The notes under the pieces were generated by a model, which did not search any database, was not told the DNA's origin, and saw nothing but the letters and a program-made list of their open reading frames with translations. The translations under genes and the position numbers were made by a program. A stretch of DNA of 17,109 nt from Verrucomicrobiota bacterium (lineage in GTDB: Bacteria > Verrucomicrobiota > Verrucomicrobiia > Limisphaerales > SXQI01): assembly GCA_033762115.1 (NCBI GenBank), contig JANRLX010000030.1:1-17109 (forward strand), in the 5' to 3' direction. Positions within the stretch are counted from its first letter, which is position 1. Each line of letters begins with the position of its first letter. Below, piece by piece: positions 15,418 through 17,109 of the stretch.

Positions 15418-15831
15418 ATGGACAACACAACAAACATCCCTCACCCAAACGCGGGAACAAAAACCGACCTCCAGATGTGGCAGACCCTTTGTCACCTCTC
15501 CGCCCTCACTGTCTGGCTTTTCTTTCCCTTCGCCAACGTGGTCGGCCCCCTCATCGTCTGGATGCTCAAGCGCGATCAATCCCCCGCCATTGATGCTCAT
15601 GGCAAGGAAGCCGTTAACTTTAATCTCTCCCTCGCCTTTTACCTCTGGGCTTTCGGATGCATCACCGGGGTCCTGATCTTTTTTATCGTTGGACTCCTTT
15701 TTATTCCATTCCTCATCGTCATCTCGATCCTCTTTCCCGTCATCATCACGATCTTCGCCGCGATTGCCTCCTTGAAATCGAGCAATGGGGAATTTTACCA
15801 TTACCCATTCACCATCCGCTTGCTCAAGTGA
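15418..15831 (+). CDS. DUF4870 family membrane protein
   Basis: 137 aa from ATG 15418, with AGGAG upstream. W..LCHLS, GPLIVWMLKRDQSPAIDAHGKEAVNF, TM helices and C-terminal GEFYHYPFTIRLLK. Confidence 0.9.
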   Translation: MDNTTNIPHPNAGTKTDLQMWQTLCHLSALTVWLFFPFANVVGPLIVWMLKRDQSPAIDAHGKEAVNFNLSLAFYLWAFGCITGVLIFFIVGLLFIPFLIVISILFPVIITIFAAIASLKSSNGEFYHYPFTIRLLK

Positions 15832-15845
15832 TCCTTGTCCCCTCC

Positions 15846-17109
15846 TCAAGCCCTGGTCTTTGCTGATTCCAGGGCTTTTTCATAAACTTTCAAATACTCC
15901 TCGGTCGTTTGCTCCCAGGAAAAATCCACCCTCATCCCATTAAGCCGGTAATGCTCCAGCAGTTCCGGTTCCTGAAATAAAACAATCGCCTTCCGGATCG
16001 CCTTCGTCAGCGCCCGCGCGGAATATTCGTAAAACTTGATCCCATCCGCTGCTTCCAGGTCCTCTGCAATATCCACCACCGAATCATCCAGCCCCCCGGT
16101 CACCCGCACAATCGGGATCGTTCCATAACGCAGGCTGTACATCTGGTTCAACCCGCACGGCTCAAACCGCGACGGCATCAGGAAAAAATCGCACCCCGCT
16201 TCAATCCGGTGCGCCAGCCCCTGGTTATAACCCAGCCGCACCGCCACCTTTCCCTGGTGACGCAACGCCAGCCTTTGAAACGCCGTTTCAAATTCCGCCT
16301 GCCCGCTCCCCAGCAGCACAAACTGGATATCCGCCGCCAGCATCTCCTCCAGCGCCGCAATCGAGATATCCACCCCTTTCTGGTCTGCCAGCCGCGTCAC
16401 TGAACCAAACAGCGGCACATCCCCCCGCTCGGGAAGCCCCATCTCCTTTTGCAATTTCCTTTTTGCAATCCCTTTTCCCTCGAGGGCCTCCGCCGAGTAC
16501 GCTTCCGGCAGATAAGGATTCCGCTCCGTGTTCCATTCCCCGTAATCCACTCCGTTCAAAATCCCGAACAGCGATTGCTGCCGCGCCCGCAACGCCGGGT
16601 CAAGCCCGCACCCATACTCTTCAGTCGTGATCTCTCGCGCATAACGCGGGCTCACCGTCGTCAACACATCGCTGTAACTGATCCCTGCCTTCAGGCAATT
16701 CAACCCTCCGAAAAATTCCGCTCCATCATGCCGGAAATATTCCCACGGCAGGTTCGTTAATTCATAACTCTCACGCGGAAAAAAACCCTGGTAAGCCAGG
16801 TTATGGATCGTCAGGCAGGTTCCCGGTGAATGCCTCCACCCATCCCGTTTCGCCTGCTCCAGCACAAAAAGTGAAGCCAGCGCCACCTGCCAGTCATGCA
16901 GATGCACAATCTCCGGTTGCCAATCCAGGTACCTCGCCATGTGCGCCACTGCCTTCGACAAAAAAATGAACCGTTCCGCATTGTCCGCGTAATCCCCTCC
17001 CCGCTCCTGGTAAAGCGAACCGCGATCATAGTACCCCGGCTGGTCCACAAAATAAACCGTCAGCCCAGGATGCGGCTCATGCATCCACACCTCAGCCGAA
17101 ACCTCCCGC
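15846..17109 (-). CDS. glgA: Glycogen synthase (GT5), 5' end outside the window
   Basis: YADNAERF, HLHDWQ, TIHNLAYQG, TVSPRYAREI, GILNGVDY..WN, RLADQKG, MPSRFEPCGLNQMYSLRYG. The frame stays open to the window edge and the N-terminal KTGGL motif is not in the window. Confidence 0.95.
   Translation of the reverse strand, partial: REVSAEVWMHEPHPGLTVYFVDQPGYYDRGSLYQERGGDYADNAERFIFLSKAVAHMARYLDWQPEIVHLHDWQVALASLFVLEQAKRDGWRHSPGTCLTIHNLAYQGFFPRESYELTNLPWEYFRHDGAEFFGGLNCLKAGISYSDVLTTVSPRYAREITTEEYGCGLDPALRARQQSLFGILNGVDYGEWNTERNPYLPEAYSAEALEGKGIAKRKLQKEMGLPERGDVPLFGSVTRLADQKGVDISIAALEEMLAADIQFVLLGSGQAEFETAFQRLALRHQGKVAVRLGYNQGLAHRIEAGCDFFLMPSRFEPCGLNQMYSLRYGTIPIVRVTGGLDDSVVDIAEDLEAADGIKFYEYSARALTKAIRKAIVLFQEPELLEHYRLNGMRVDFSWEQTTEEYLKVYEKALESAKTRA

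Noticed and set aside
15376..15849. 157-aa acidic minus-strand ORF
   Set aside because: Antisense mirror of the hydrophobic DUF4870 gene, which has the SD and family motifs.

Overview
Gene-dense bacterial chromosomal window, almost all on the minus strand. The protein styles suggest Verrucomicrobiota, but that is an inference. In minus-strand transcription order (right to left) it holds: the 3' part of glycogen synthase glgA; a convergent DUF4870 membrane protein (+); mtnP-gatC-gatA; a stand-alone receiver-domain response regulator (+) divergent from a nine-gene flagellar rod/ring/hook-junction operon (flgF-flgG-flgA-flgH-flgI-flgJ-flgN-flgK-flgL); a ~380-400 bp structured intergenic region; and a MoxR AAA+ / DUF58 / transglutaminase (TgpA-like) triad. 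The flagellar operon has a sigma-54 promoter (TGGCATAGCCGTTGCT), an IHF-like site and an inverted pair of candidate enhancer sites, and would give an essentially leaderless mRNA. The most novel signal is a candidate plus-strand structured ncRNA at ~4240-4430, just downstream of flgL where csrA/fliW often lie. It has four hairpins, two plus-strand U-tailed terminators and a possible alternative (antiterminator) pairing. I saw no mobile elements, CRISPR arrays, tRNA or rRNA.
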